Positions 50,945-63,322 of a stretch of 64,000 nucleotides of DNA are shown here, in pieces (within the stretch, counting starts at the first letter, position 1; each line of letters starts with the position of its first letter). This DNA is from Gracilinanus agilis (taxonomy: Eukaryota): positions 87,323,181 to 87,387,180 of the forward strand of contig NC_058132.1 of NCBI RefSeq assembly GCF_016433145.1, in the 5' to 3' direction. A program made the position numbers and the translations under genes. The notes under the pieces were generated by a model that saw nothing but the letters and a program-made list of their open reading frames with translations, was not told the origin of the DNA and made no database searches.

Positions 50945-52160
50945 TGACCGGAAGCCTTTCTAGTCGTTAGCAATTTCTCCCTCATCTCAACAGCACCTCC
51001 CAGCTTTCCTAGGACCCTTTTCATTATTCAAGGTTCTGGGATCTGCCTCACATTCATTCTTTTATTCATTCACTCATTAATCCATTCATTCTTTTTAGAA
51101 ATGTCAGATTCTGTTCTATGAGCTGGGAATACAAAGTCAGAAAACAAACACAGCCTGATCTTTCTTTCCCTTTTGTGGCACTCAGAGATTTCCTACTTTT
51201 ACTTCCTCCCTGCCCTGGGTCGAGAAGGGCTGGACATCAGTCCTTACATCCAAGAAAAGTTGGTCAGAATTCTATAGGTTTTAGCTTTGGGTCTGGCAAG
51301 GTAGGCCACCCAAATAAAAAAGTCATGGAAAATGTGAAAATGAAAGCATCTGGGAATGGGGCTATGTTCCTCTCGCCTAGCTTGCCTCTTCTGCCATCTC
51401 CAGGCAGTGTCTTCCTGCTCAGACTTATTTTCAGTTCCTCCTTATGATTTCTGGGTGTGGTATCTTGGCCTTTGTCTTGGCATCTCTAGTTCTGCCCCTC
51501 TGCTTTAGATACTACCTGAAACGTTGAGAGATCTACTGAGAGTCTTGAAGGACACAAGTTCTTTGGAATCATGAGAGGGTAAGTTCTGCTTCTTTTCTAC
51601 TATCTTCATCATTAATTTTTCCACATTTCTTTCCTTATTCTTTTTTCTCTTCCTTTCCTTCCTTTTACCTATGCTTTTCCAATTCTAAGTCCCTTCCTTT
51701 CTCCCTCTCTCAATTTTTCTAGTCCTCTCCAAAAGTCCTGTCTCACACACACACATATACACATACATAAGTAAGCAGAACATATTTTTTCAATTCAATA
51801 TCATTATTCACATTTCCTCCAACACTTTCCCAAAGTCTAGACAACCAACAAAAACAATAAATCAAGCTTTCCTTTAGAGCTCTGGTTTTCTAGGTGTAAA
51901 TACTCTTTCTGAACTTTTCACAATTAACTTGATAGACACACTTCAGGCTGGCTCAAACATACCTCTGACTGAAAGTCTATTGGCTTATAGCAATCGTTTT
52001 TACAAATACAGAGCATCTGACTGTTTTCCCTGGCTTTCTTCAAGATTTGGTCTAAATCCCACCCACTGCAGGAGGCTCTTCCTGCCCTGATCTCCATTAT
52101 TGACTCCCATTTCTAACTTCACTTCTAGTCCCTTCTCTCTAAGATTACCTTCCCACCACA

Positions 52161-52190
52161 GTGTGTGTGTGTGTGTGTCTGTGTGTGTAT
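52161..52190. repeat. (TG)n microsatellite
   Basis: Directly visible. Confidence 0.9.
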
Positions 52191-52343
52191 GTTTGTGTAC
52201 AACATTTAAATTTTCTCCCCATTGATATGGGAGCTCCTTAAAGGGACAGGGACCTACTCTTTGCTTTAAATTTTTTTTTTTAATTCTATTCAGTGCTTAG
52301 CAAAAGATCTGTCACATAAAAGATTTAAAGTCTTATTGACCCT

Positions 52344-52606
52344 GGGCAGCCAAGTGCCATAGTGGATAGAGTGCCAGGACTGGAGTAAGGAAAACTCATC
52401 TCATTGAGTTCAAGAGATCTGAATCTGGCTTCAGACACTTACTAGATATGTGATCCTGGAAAATTCTCTTAACCCTAATCGTCTCAGGTTCTTTTATCTG
52501 TAAAATGAGCTAGAAAAGGAAATTACAAACCACTCCAGTCTCTTTGCCAAGAAAACTCCAGATGAGGTCACAATGAATCAGACATAACCGAAATAACTGA
52601 ACAAAC
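52344..52606 (+). mobile_element. MAR1-like SINE
   Basis: gggcagcc...gtggatagagtg...caaaccactccagtctctttgccaagaaaactcc...actgaacaa. Confidence 0.85.
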
Positions 52607-53559
52607 TGGATAATTGGACCCTACTCAAGAAACTTTGATGGTTCCCAGTTTCCTATTATTTCATTGGGTCCAAATTCTTTATTTAGGACCCTCACTAACT
52701 TGAGTCCTTCTACAAGTCAGTTGCTTTGCGAAAGAACTGGTCTTGAATATTTAGGCTTCATTGAATTGAGTCAGCATCCCAGAGGAATAACTTCTCTTGA
52801 TTGAACCAAGGAATGGAGGTACTGGTAAGGAGCCCACATTTTAGAAAGGACCTGAATTTGTATCCTGGCTCTCTTACTTACTGTGTGTCTCTTCACATGT
52901 CATTTGAACTTTTTAGGTCTGAGTTTCTTCATTAGTAAAATGGAGATGGGATGGACTTTAAGAATCTTTCCAAATCAGAATCTCTGACCTTTGTATTTGG
53001 TTTTACAATTTTTATCTTTTAAGCACATTTATTCCCAATGTGGGGCACAACCCCTGCTTTCCACTTTCTCCCAGTTCAGAAACCTTCTGCATCTGATCTC
53101 TCTTTATAAGCTCCTCCCCTTTTTCTGCTGCTGCCTAAAAATCTTTATAACTTATTTCAGCACCCACTTCCTTTTCCCCTCTTCTTCTCCCATTACATAA
53201 TCTAGACCACAGGAGTGTGTTTTTTTTTAATGTTTATTTACAAAAGAAAAAAGAATGCAAAGATTTACAAGTAATGTATACAGGTAAAATCAATAAAAAT
53301 ATTTTAAAAGTTTTTTTTATTTTCTATTTATATCATCTTCATTTCTAAATATCTCTTTTCTCTCTTCTACCTCTTATAACAAAGAATTAAAAAAAAAGAA
53401 AGAGGAAGGGAGGGGGGAAGCAGATGGGCAAAACTAACCAACATATTAACTAAGACACGACAAGGACAGTTTTCCACCTCCACAAAGACTTGAGTTTTCT
53501 CCTCTCTTCATCAGGAATCATTAAAATTCTAAATATTTATAACCACTTCTCCCAGTAAT

Positions 53560-54900
53560 TCCTTCAAATTCTCTTCCTATATTCTTCACCATTTCCAGTC
53601 AAGCTTTTTTTGTTTTTAAAGTTAATTATACTCATTGCCTTCACTTTCTCTCCCCTGTCACTTTCTTCTATACCTTATGCAATCTGACTTCTTACTCAAT
53701 CATTGAAGTGAAACTGCTGTGTTAAGTTGATTTCTTAACGGCCAGATCTCATGGACTGCTCTTAAACTTCATTCTTCATTTGACCTCTCAGAAGCATTTA
53801 ATACTATTGATCACCTGGATCAAAATGTGGATGCTCCCCCCCCCAACCCCTAATTCTGAGTTTTCCAGAAACTTTTTTCTTTTTATATGACTACTTCTTC
53901 TAAATCTGTTTAACAGGATCATGATGTAGCCAGTATTCTTTCTTTTCTATCTACTCTCTCTTGCTTAATGATCTCATAAAGTTTTAATTATCATCTCTAT
54001 GTAGATGACTCATGGATCTCTATATTTAGCTTTGGTCTTTCTTCTAAGTTCCAATCCTGTGTTACCAACTCCTTATTGGACATTGATAATGGGGTGACAG
54101 AGGAGGGCTGTGTGCTTCATAGGCATTCCACATTTTAAGTTTAAAAGAGAAGTCATTCTATTTTACTCTCAAAGTTCTTTTGAATTCTCCAGTTCTATAA
54201 AAGGCATCATTATCCTTCTAGTCACTCATGTTTGCAATCTTGATGTTATTTTCAATTTTTCATTCTCATTCACTTTACATATGCAATCAGTTGTCAAATC
54301 TTTTTATACCTATATAGTATCTCTGAAATATACCCCCTTCTTTCTAGTCACCTCGGGAACAATTTAATCCAGGCCTTATCACTTAATTAGAATACTGAAT
54401 TAACTCACTAAGTGACCTTTCTGCCTCAAGTTTCTCCTTACTCAAATTCATTCTCCACAAACTTCCCAAAATTTCCCCAAAGTGTAAGCTACAGCCCACT
54501 ACTCCATAATTTTACCTTTAAGACCAGATAGAAACTCCTTTGTTTGAGATGAAAACTCTTTATAATCTGATTACATCCTACCTTTCCTACTTCCATCACT
54601 TAGCACAGTGGCTGACACATTGCAAGTGTTCAATAAATGTCTGTCCCTTGACTTTCCAGCCTTATACATTACTCTCGTCTACACAGAGACCCCTGGGGCA
54701 CTTGTTACTGTCCTGCTTTGTTTTCCTTTTTATGGTTCAGCCAAAATGATGCTCTGTTCTTCACACATAGCTTTCCATTTTTTATTTCCATCTCGAACTA
54801 TCCCCCATGTTTGGAATTCACTCCCTCCATCATTTCCAACTCTGGTAATCCTTGCTTTTCTTTAAGACCCAGCTTAAGAAACACCTTGTACATAAAGCCT
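53560..54900 (+). mobile_element. L2 fragments
   Basis: gtgaaactgct...gaagcatttaatactattgatcac...aattatcatctctatgtagatgactc...ttagcacagtggctgacac...caataaatgt. Confidence 0.7.
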
Positions 54901-55639
54901 TAGAGGCTAATTAGTAACTTTGTCTCCACAACCTCAAAGTTAACATGCATCAGTTTTGAAAATTTTCCATTTGTAGGTGCCAAAATATTTTCCTGAAATG
55001 CCAGTCTGATCATGTCACTCTCTTCTCAACAAATATCCATGGCTATTGCCTCTAAAATAAAATTAAAAAAAAATCCTCTTTTTTGGTATTCAAAGTTCTT
55101 TATAACCTAAGCACTCTCCCACATTCACCTTTGTAGACTTCTTACACCTTACTCCACAAAATGATTCTTTGTCCAGTGATACTAGCCTCTGTGATCCAGT
55201 GATCTCTGATCCAGTGATTCTGGCAGAATGATCTGCCTCAGGAAGTAGTGATTTCTTCTTTACTCACTATCTTCTATTGGAAGCTGGGTTTCCCCTTGAT
55301 GAAGATGATTCCAATTAAAAATGGGATATTGGTCAAGTACTAGATAAACTCTGAAATTTACAATTTTCCTTTCTTTATTAGAAAGGAAAAATGTCATGTC
55401 ATTTTGAGCCAGTCTCTGTTCTGCAGGGGAGTAATACATAGGCACAAATGCCATTCCATTTGGGGTGGGGTCTTCTGCCTTTGGAAGAAAAGGAGAAATT
55501 CTATTTGATCATGCTCAAACTCTCTCTATAGGCCTTCTAGCCTGGCCTGACCTGCCTCCAGGAGGAAAGAGAAAAATTCCATTTTATCAGTTCTCTCCTC
55601 TGTTCCTCATCTTTAAAATCCATAATTTCCTGAAAGGAC

Positions 55640-58215
55640 TACATCTTGAGGCCAAATTCCTATGTTGATAAGCTACAAGAACTCATTCCTTATTGATTAA
55701 CATATTCCTACCCAATCATTTCTTCCCAGTACCAGAAATTCTGAATTCCCAGTAGTTACTATTCAAACCCCACTCTCCATGCACTGCCAACTCCTTTAAT
55801 TCCATCTTTTGGAAATGAACTCCAACCTTCCCAGAAGAATCTCACATTCTAAAGTTACCCACTCCTTTTGTTGTGATATCTGGAGTGTTTACCCCATAGG
55901 AAACAAGCTTGCTTCCAATGCAGATATTTTTCCCTCTCATATTCCTTTTATCTTTTGGCTCTCACTGAAATCTATTATTATCCTGAGGACATAGCCTCCC
56001 TGGTTACCCTTTTCAGCACTATCATTCCTGGCCTCTTTCCTCCCTAACCTCTCCCAGGTTGAATGGAGTAGTTGAAATACTGATTTCCAACTTCCACTTC
56101 TAAGTTCTGCTTCTACTACCATTATTCAGTAACTTCTACTCATTAAATCTACCAAAATTCTCCTAGATGTTATCTACCAACCAGCCAAACACTTCCTTCT
56201 TTCCTCAATAATTTTAGTGCCTGGCTCACATTCTTTCCCCCTCAACTCTTTCTATCATATTAGGAAATCTAAACATACCTTTACCTCTCAATAATTCAAC
56301 TTACCTATTTCCTACAGCTTGCTCCTCGATTCCATCTTAGCCACACAGAGAGATAGTCATATCTTTGATCTTGCTACCACCCACAAATACATCACACTTC
56401 TATGTTAATGAAATCTGAAATTCCCTTCTTTGATCAAATTAAAGTAGATTTGTCAATCAATTTCTCCCTCTTTACAAATCTAAATCCTGTTCATCTTTAC
56501 TACGACCTCCCATTGCTTGACTCTTCAGTTCTTTCCCCAAGTCATTATTTCTGCATTGGTTGCTTTATATTCCTTTCTTCATCTTGACTCCTTGGAGAAT
56601 GATTTCAACTCTATATTGTCCTCTTTTCTCAAGTACTTTGCCCCCTTTGCTTATTGCCAATCTTGTCCTACCAAGACCCAACTACTTCCTTTGCTCCTAT
56701 TCACAGCTGATCTAAGTTGTATAATAACAAAATCTTTCCTGGATGGGACCACTAACAATCTATGATACATGATTTGAATTGACCCCTCAGTGCTACAAGG
56801 CAATCTTTTTTCGATTCTCTAATTGGTTCACTAAACAGCACCTTTTCTAAACTTTTTCATCCCTCTTTACATATCACATGACTCTCTTTCATGTTTTCAT
56901 GCTTTCAGCTAAGGACCTTACCTCATATTTCACTGAAAAAGTTGAGGTCTTTCACTGAGAGCTCCCTTTTCCCCTTATCATCTGACATCACTTATATGCT
57001 TCTACAACTATTTCTACCTTCAACCATCTCACATGAAAATATGGCCCCTTCTTCTTGGCAAAACAAACTCCTCTACATGAGCCTTCCATACCATCTTCTC
57101 AATCTATTCATTGTATCTTCTTATCTTCAATCTCTCCCTATTAACTGACTGCTTTCCTGCTGCCTACACCATTTATCCCTCATCCTCAAAAAACCTTTGA
57201 TTGATCCATCCATCCATCCCTACCAGCCTTTGCCCCATATCCTTCACTTTTATGACTAAACTCACTGAGAATGCCAGCTATAGTCATTGCCTATACTTTT
57301 CCTCTCATTCTCTACTTATCTCACCACAATTTGGCTGCAAACTTTATCATTCAACTGTAATTCTCTCTCAAGGTTGCCAATAATCTCTTAATTGCCATAC
57401 TAAATGGCTTATTCTCCAGCCTTATTCTTTTTGATCTCTCTGTAGCATACGACATTATCAGTCACTTTCTTCTTGATACTGTTTTATCTCTAGGTTTTCA
57501 TGACTCTATTCTATCCTGGTTCTATTGAATTTCTGTTTCTTATCAGTCTTATCAGCCAGGTTTGCTACTGGTGGATGTCTTCAGGGTTGTATCTTGAACT
57601 CTTTTCTCTTTATAGCATTTTTGTTTGATGAACTCATCTGCTTTTAGGGATTTAATGATCATCTCTATGCTCATGATTCTCAGATCTACTTATCCAGCTC
57701 TAGCCTCTCCCTAAGACCAGACTCATTTCTTTGCTAGTTATTAGGCATGTTAAATTAGATATCTCATAGATGTCTTTAATTCAACATGTTTAAAACTGAG
57801 ATTATTGTTTTTCCCCCAAATCCTTCCCTCTCCACACTTCCCTATTGCTGTCAAGACCACTCTCACCCTTTAGTCAGCCAGGCTCACAACCTAAGTGTCA
57901 TAGCAACTTCAGTATCAGATGACTGGAATTCTTTCCTTCCTTTCTCCTTCTGGCTTCCCTAGCTTCCCTCAAGATATAGATAAAATTCCATCTTCTACAA
58001 GAAGTCATTTCAGATCTTTCTTAACACTAGTGTTTTCCTTTTGAGAATATCTCCAATTTAGTCTGTATATATCTTATTTGTACATAGTTGTTTGCATGCC
58101 ACCTTATGAGTTCTTTGAGATCAGGGACTGCCTTTTGCCTTTTTTTTTGTATCTATGACACTAATTACTAGTTCTGACATTTTGTAAGCACTTAATAAAT
58201 AATTTTTGACTCAAT
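55640..58215 (+). mobile_element. Long decayed L2 (ORF2 remnant through the 3' tail)
   Basis: Endonuclease-like tctttgatcttgctaccacccacaaat...aaatctgaaattccc, RT-like gatctctctgtagcatacgacatt...gatcatctctatgctcatgattctcag, and the tail gcacttaataaat. Confidence 0.8.
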
Positions 58216-58557
58216 GACATGTCTAGTTCTTACTGAATCTATTCTGTTTCCTAATTATTATTGCTTCCCTTCTAAGTGCTAAGAAGCTATCAATTTAACA
58301 ATTCACTCTATTTTTTTCCAGGGACCATCATCCAGCAGTCTGATACCATTATTTACTGTTATTCATTTTGAAAATGTAGTTTACTCATCTGTGGACTTCT
58401 ATCACATCTTCCATTTCCCATCACTCTTTCCTAACAAGAAGCATTCAGGGATGGATAAAGAATATATGTGTGTTTAGGAAAAGCGATCCTCAAGCATCCT
58501 CAGTCTGTCATTTTAGCCACTTTCTTCAGACCCTGAAGATCCATAATTGGGGAAGAG

Positions 58558-58837
58558 ATGGCAATGAATACTAGACAAAGACTAGTCCAGTACTTAAGAG
58601 AACTGAATGAAGATGAGTTGAAGACATTCAAGCTGCTGCTGAAAAATTCTCTTCTAGGAAAAAAATTTCTAAAAAATAATCAGAACAAGCTGGAGAAAGC
58701 TGGTCATACTAAAGTGGCCTCCATTATAGTTTCTCTCTTTGATGAACAGAGAGTATGGGATATTGTGATCAGAATCTGGGAGAAGATGGGATTAAAGGAG
58801 ATGTGTGAAAGAGCAAAGGCTGAGGATCCTCTGATAA
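58558..58837 (+). CDS. NLRP-family gene, first coding exon encoding a pyrin domain (PYD)
   Basis: LVQYLRELNEDELKTFKLLL...LEKA...VASIIVSLFDEQRVWDIVIRIWEKMGLKEMCERAKAE fits the PYD pattern. Acceptor tttcttcAG ends at 58529, the Kozak context is gagATGG, and the donor GTAAGT at 58838 follows 280 coding nt (phase 1, as in NLRP PYD exons). Confidence 0.92.
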
Positions 58838-59493
58838 GTAAGTAAAGACAAAAGTCTTCAACCTGGGGAAAGCTAAATTTCCATTATACCTACTGCTCTT
58901 TATGTTTATGCCATCCCTAATTGTCCATACTCTGAGTTGTGTGTTTCCTTCTAAACATGTCAATTTTTGTTGAGGGTACTACCATCCTTTTAGCCAACAA
59001 GGATTGTAACCTTGGAATCATCTTTCACTCTTCCTTTTCCCCTCAGATCCACATACAATAAGTTTTCGAGCATTGTTAAACCTACTTCCATAATATCTCT
59101 GGCAACCATCCCCTTCTCTCTACTAATACAATCTCTAACTTACTTCAAGCTCTCATTATCTCTTCCCTGGATTATTTCAACAACCTTTTGTTTGCTCTAC
59201 TTCCTGTTTCTACTCTTCCTTTATTCATGCCCTCCTATAGTTGCCAAATTGATAATCCTAAAATACAGATCTTACTTACCATGTCACTTTCTTATGCAAA
59301 AATTGTCAGTGATTCTCTATTTTTTAAGGATAAAATAGAAAGTCTAGACATTTAGTAAAGTTTACAGCATGGATCCCACTTACCTTTCCATTCCTTTCTT
59401 GAACTATCTATTCCATTTTGACCTATTAGCTATTCTATCTATATCATATTTTATCTTCCACATCTTTGCCATTGCATAGATGATCCTCTGTGT

Positions 59494-60482
59494 TGTAGTA
59501 TAGAGAGTGGGGGTCATATAGTTTTTTCTAGCTTTGGCTGAGTTCTAAATCAGTTAGGGTTTTGGAATCTTGAGAAAAAACAGTTGATTAGGGTCTCCCG
59601 TGGAGGGAGGTGGTCTGATCAGCCGAGCTGCCTCATTACCTAGCTGTAGTATTGAAATTTAGCCTAGCTTTGATATATTTACTTAAGAATTTATTATTTT
59701 GGATAAACCCTTTATATCTTCCTTCCCTAATATTATTTCCTACCTTCCCTCCCTTACCTTATATGCCTGTGGAGTTAATAAAGAGAGTAATTAGAGAGGA
59801 GTTCAAAATCTGTGAAGGGTTAATTGTTATTTGACAATATTAGATATAGAGAAAACTAATCAATCATCATTTATTCCCTTTAGATAGCAATAGTATTTGT
59901 AAACTGAGTTAAAGGCTGGTCCTTACTCAGACTCCATCTTTGCCTCCCTTCCCCCACCTGAGGTTGGGGAGACAACTGTTAGGGCTTTCCTTTGATTCAC
60001 TTTCCTGACAAATCATCCTTTAAAGATAATAAACCTTTTTGTGTTTCAACAGACCTATTAGTATAATTTGTCTGTTAGTTATTAAGAGAGGGAAGAAGAG
60101 GGGAAGAATCAACATACTCTGGGCTTGAAGGGAAGCCGGGTATCCATCTTGGAGGAAGGTGTAACTTCAAAACAAGTCCCTTCCTGTGAAATTAACTAAA
60201 CCCTGTTTGTTAATTTCAGTTTAGTCTATTTCCCTCAGCCTGTGTTTGAGTCTAAGTCCCAGTCTGTAAAGCCTGCTGTTTGTCTGTTTAGTTTAATTTC
60301 TCCTCTCCCTGAAGATCTCTGTTTCCCTTCTGTGTTATACTCCTGACTTCAGCCCTATTATATCCTGAATCTCCTTAATCCCAGCCTACCTGTAACTTAG
60401 ATTACCCACTTAGCAAGTCTCTGACAATCTCCTTCCAAATTCCCTTATCCCACACACCTTTCCTCATATTATCCCCATAACA
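59494..60482 (-). mobile_element. Solo LTR (989 bp) in the PYD-NACHT intron
   Basis: TGTA...AACA ends with a perfect 4-bp TSD GTGT (59490-59493 / 60483-60486). A minus-strand AATAAA near 59690 suggests antisense orientation. Confidence 0.7.
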
Positions 60483-62356
60483 GTGTTCACCTCTTAAAAT
60501 TTCTAGCTTACTCTAAATTATAGTTATGTTGGCAGTGCATACAGAGGCCTTTCCTGATCCACCAAGTTAGTGTAATCCCTCTTGAAATGATTTTTTAAAT
60601 AATTTATGTATACTTTGAAGTATATATGTATTCCCCAGGATGCTCAAAGATAACTAAATTATTTCTGGGTTTATTCTTTTTCTATCTCCACAACTGACAT
60701 CTTGAATATAGTATTTATTAAGTCCTTATTGAATTAATTTGAATTGACATGAATATTTTTGTGTCGTCTATCAACTTGTAGACTTCTTGAAGATAGGTCC
60801 CTCCAATTTCATGAACTCTATTACTGTAGGAATGCTTTTTCCTACCAGATTATTGCTTGCTTCTTCATCATTGCCTATATCTTTATGCAGCACCTCAAAT
60901 AATGATTCATGTAAACCACTATAAATAAGATCATTTTTGTAAAGTGGATTGAACTGCTACACTTTATTTACCCATGCTGGAGTATAGATGGGCCTTCTGA
61001 TATAATTTCCTTTTCCAAAATCAGATACTTTTCCTTATTCCTTGTGTTGATTATCTTAGTTCTTTCCCCTATGTGCTACCCTGGATTAAATGGAGTTCCT
61101 GGAATTCCTGTCAAGCTTTTTTTTTGAAAAGTCTTCTTTCTTCCCAGCCCAAGTTACTTGTATTATCTAGTATACATATGTACCCCAGAGTGACTGGGAG
61201 AGGTATAACCATTGGAACAAGAATGCCTTTTGTGCTTGGGAATGATCAAGAGGACTCAGAGTAAAAAAGAAATGAGGATCAGGAGTATTGGGATGGACTC
61301 TAGAGTCACATGAGAAGAGTATATGATCTGAGTTTCTGGGTGTTTTGTGGACCCTGGGAATATATCTTTTCCCAAAGGTCCTATTCCTCAGCGATGAATA
61401 GGTTCACTCTAATACATGTATTCAACATTTCTAATGAGAAGTTGGAGCAATGGTCACCTCAACCTTCACCAAGGTTTCTTTCAAGCAGAGATTAGGTTAC
61501 TTGGGATGAGATTCATGCTTTAGATTGAAGCTGAACTAATTATCTTTCAGGTGTCTTTTAACTCAATGATTTGACTCTGATAATGCTGATTCTAGTAATG
61601 ACTAACACTGGTGCTTTTGGGGAGTGAATATAGGGAGGGACTCACTGAGGCTCAGTTTGGCCCAGTTCAGAGAGTCTTTCTTCCACTTTTTCAAACTATC
61701 AATGGTTTATTCCTGAATATATTAGCTGCAGTCCTATTGAAAATCAGTAGAGGGTCACGAAAGAAGAGAGGAAGATTTACAATATATAATCCAGGAACAT
61801 TGCCATAAAAGAGGATTTGGAAAGGGAGCTTGAATGATATGCTGAAGGGGGCCTGCTAAGAGGAGAAGAGGGAGGAGTAAAAAAAAAGCCAATCCGAACA
61901 GCAAAAGTCATGTTCCAAGGTGAGAACTCTTTTAAAACATTCAGAAAGTGTGCTACAATTCTGTGGTCTTCCTTAAATTCCACAGGGTCCCCTCACATCG
62001 AGTTTTGGATCATTTTCATTTATTTTTTTGGCATTTTTTCATATGAACCTGAATTCATTTATTATATTAGGAGACCACATTTCCTTCTATGATTTCTGTT
62101 TTTTTTTCTGTTGCTTTATCTGTTTATATTTAAGGTCTTGAATTTTATTCTTCCTGAAATTTTTGATCTATTTTTCATTCTTTTCTTCCTTTATTTTCTT
62201 TTCCCTCCCTTATCACTTATTTCCTGACTGTGTTTTTTTAGGATGCTGGTTCCCATAGTATCTCAGCCTCCTACACAGGGCAATTCACTGGTTCATAAAC
62301 AGTAGGTCTTTGGCCCAAATGATTTGATGGTCAGAACTGGCTCCAGCTGTGTACTG

Positions 62357-62360
62357 TTTT

Positions 62361-62391
<31 letters not shown>
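62357..62391. repeat. Poly(T) tract
   Basis: Directly visible. Confidence 0.95.
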
Positions 62392-62394
<3 letters not shown>

Positions 62395-63322
62395 CTCAGG
62401 CTTAGTGGATAGCCCTCAGGCTGCACAGGCCCACATATGCAGTTGTTCTATCCTGGTGACTTGCTGAGTACATTTGTTTCTCAATTCTCTGGCCTGTTGC
62501 TGACAGTTCATAGACTATTTCCCCAAGCACTGGCAAGTCAGAACTTTGCAGCAATTGTGCTTCCATATTGTAGCCCCTGGTAGGATTTTATTCCAGAAAC
62601 TCTGTGGCCAGGTTGGTCATCAAGGAATGGACAAAGCTCCATTTTCACAACACTGTAAAAAAGAAGAGGGAAAAAAAGAGAGACAGACAGAATCTTTAAA
62701 AAACAGCTGAAATTGTTTTTATCTTTGGCACATAATTTCTATTTTGTAGTGGTTTGAAAGGTCATGGGAATCAGAGAAAATGTTTGATCTATCCTTTAGT
62801 TGCTCACATAACCCAAAACAGTGAGAACCCTATGTTCTGCATGTTCATTTTTTTCAAGTAGATGCAACTAAGTCTTAGGTTTCAGATGTCCCTTTTCACA
62901 TTCCCATATTACTTTCCACTATCTGAAAAAAAACCTGAAGGCAATATCCCAGAATAACTCTATGTAGCTCCACACCACTACTGAAGATTTCTGAAGATCC
63001 CTAATATTGGGAAAATTAAAAGAGTATATAGTTACTTAGGAGATAAACAGGGCCTTTGCCTGATTAGTGTCAGTAAAATTTGTCATTATCTCTATGGAAT
63101 CAGGGACAATCAATAATTTCCTTTAAAAGTTATTTAGAAAACTTTCTTTGACTCAAGACATGGAAATTTGAGAATGAAGGTGAAAAAATATTTTTAATGC
63201 TACTGAAGACAGTACCAGGTACACACTTTTACTCTAAGGACTCTAGAATTGTCCCAATTAGAGATAACACTCTGGAACTGGAGATCTTGTATTTTTCATG
63301 GTTTTTCCTCTCACTATTATAG

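Noticed and set aside
55187-55220. Short tandem duplication tgatccagtgat(ctc) x2
   Set aside because: It is a slippage-type duplication at the end of an L2 fragment with no sign of function.
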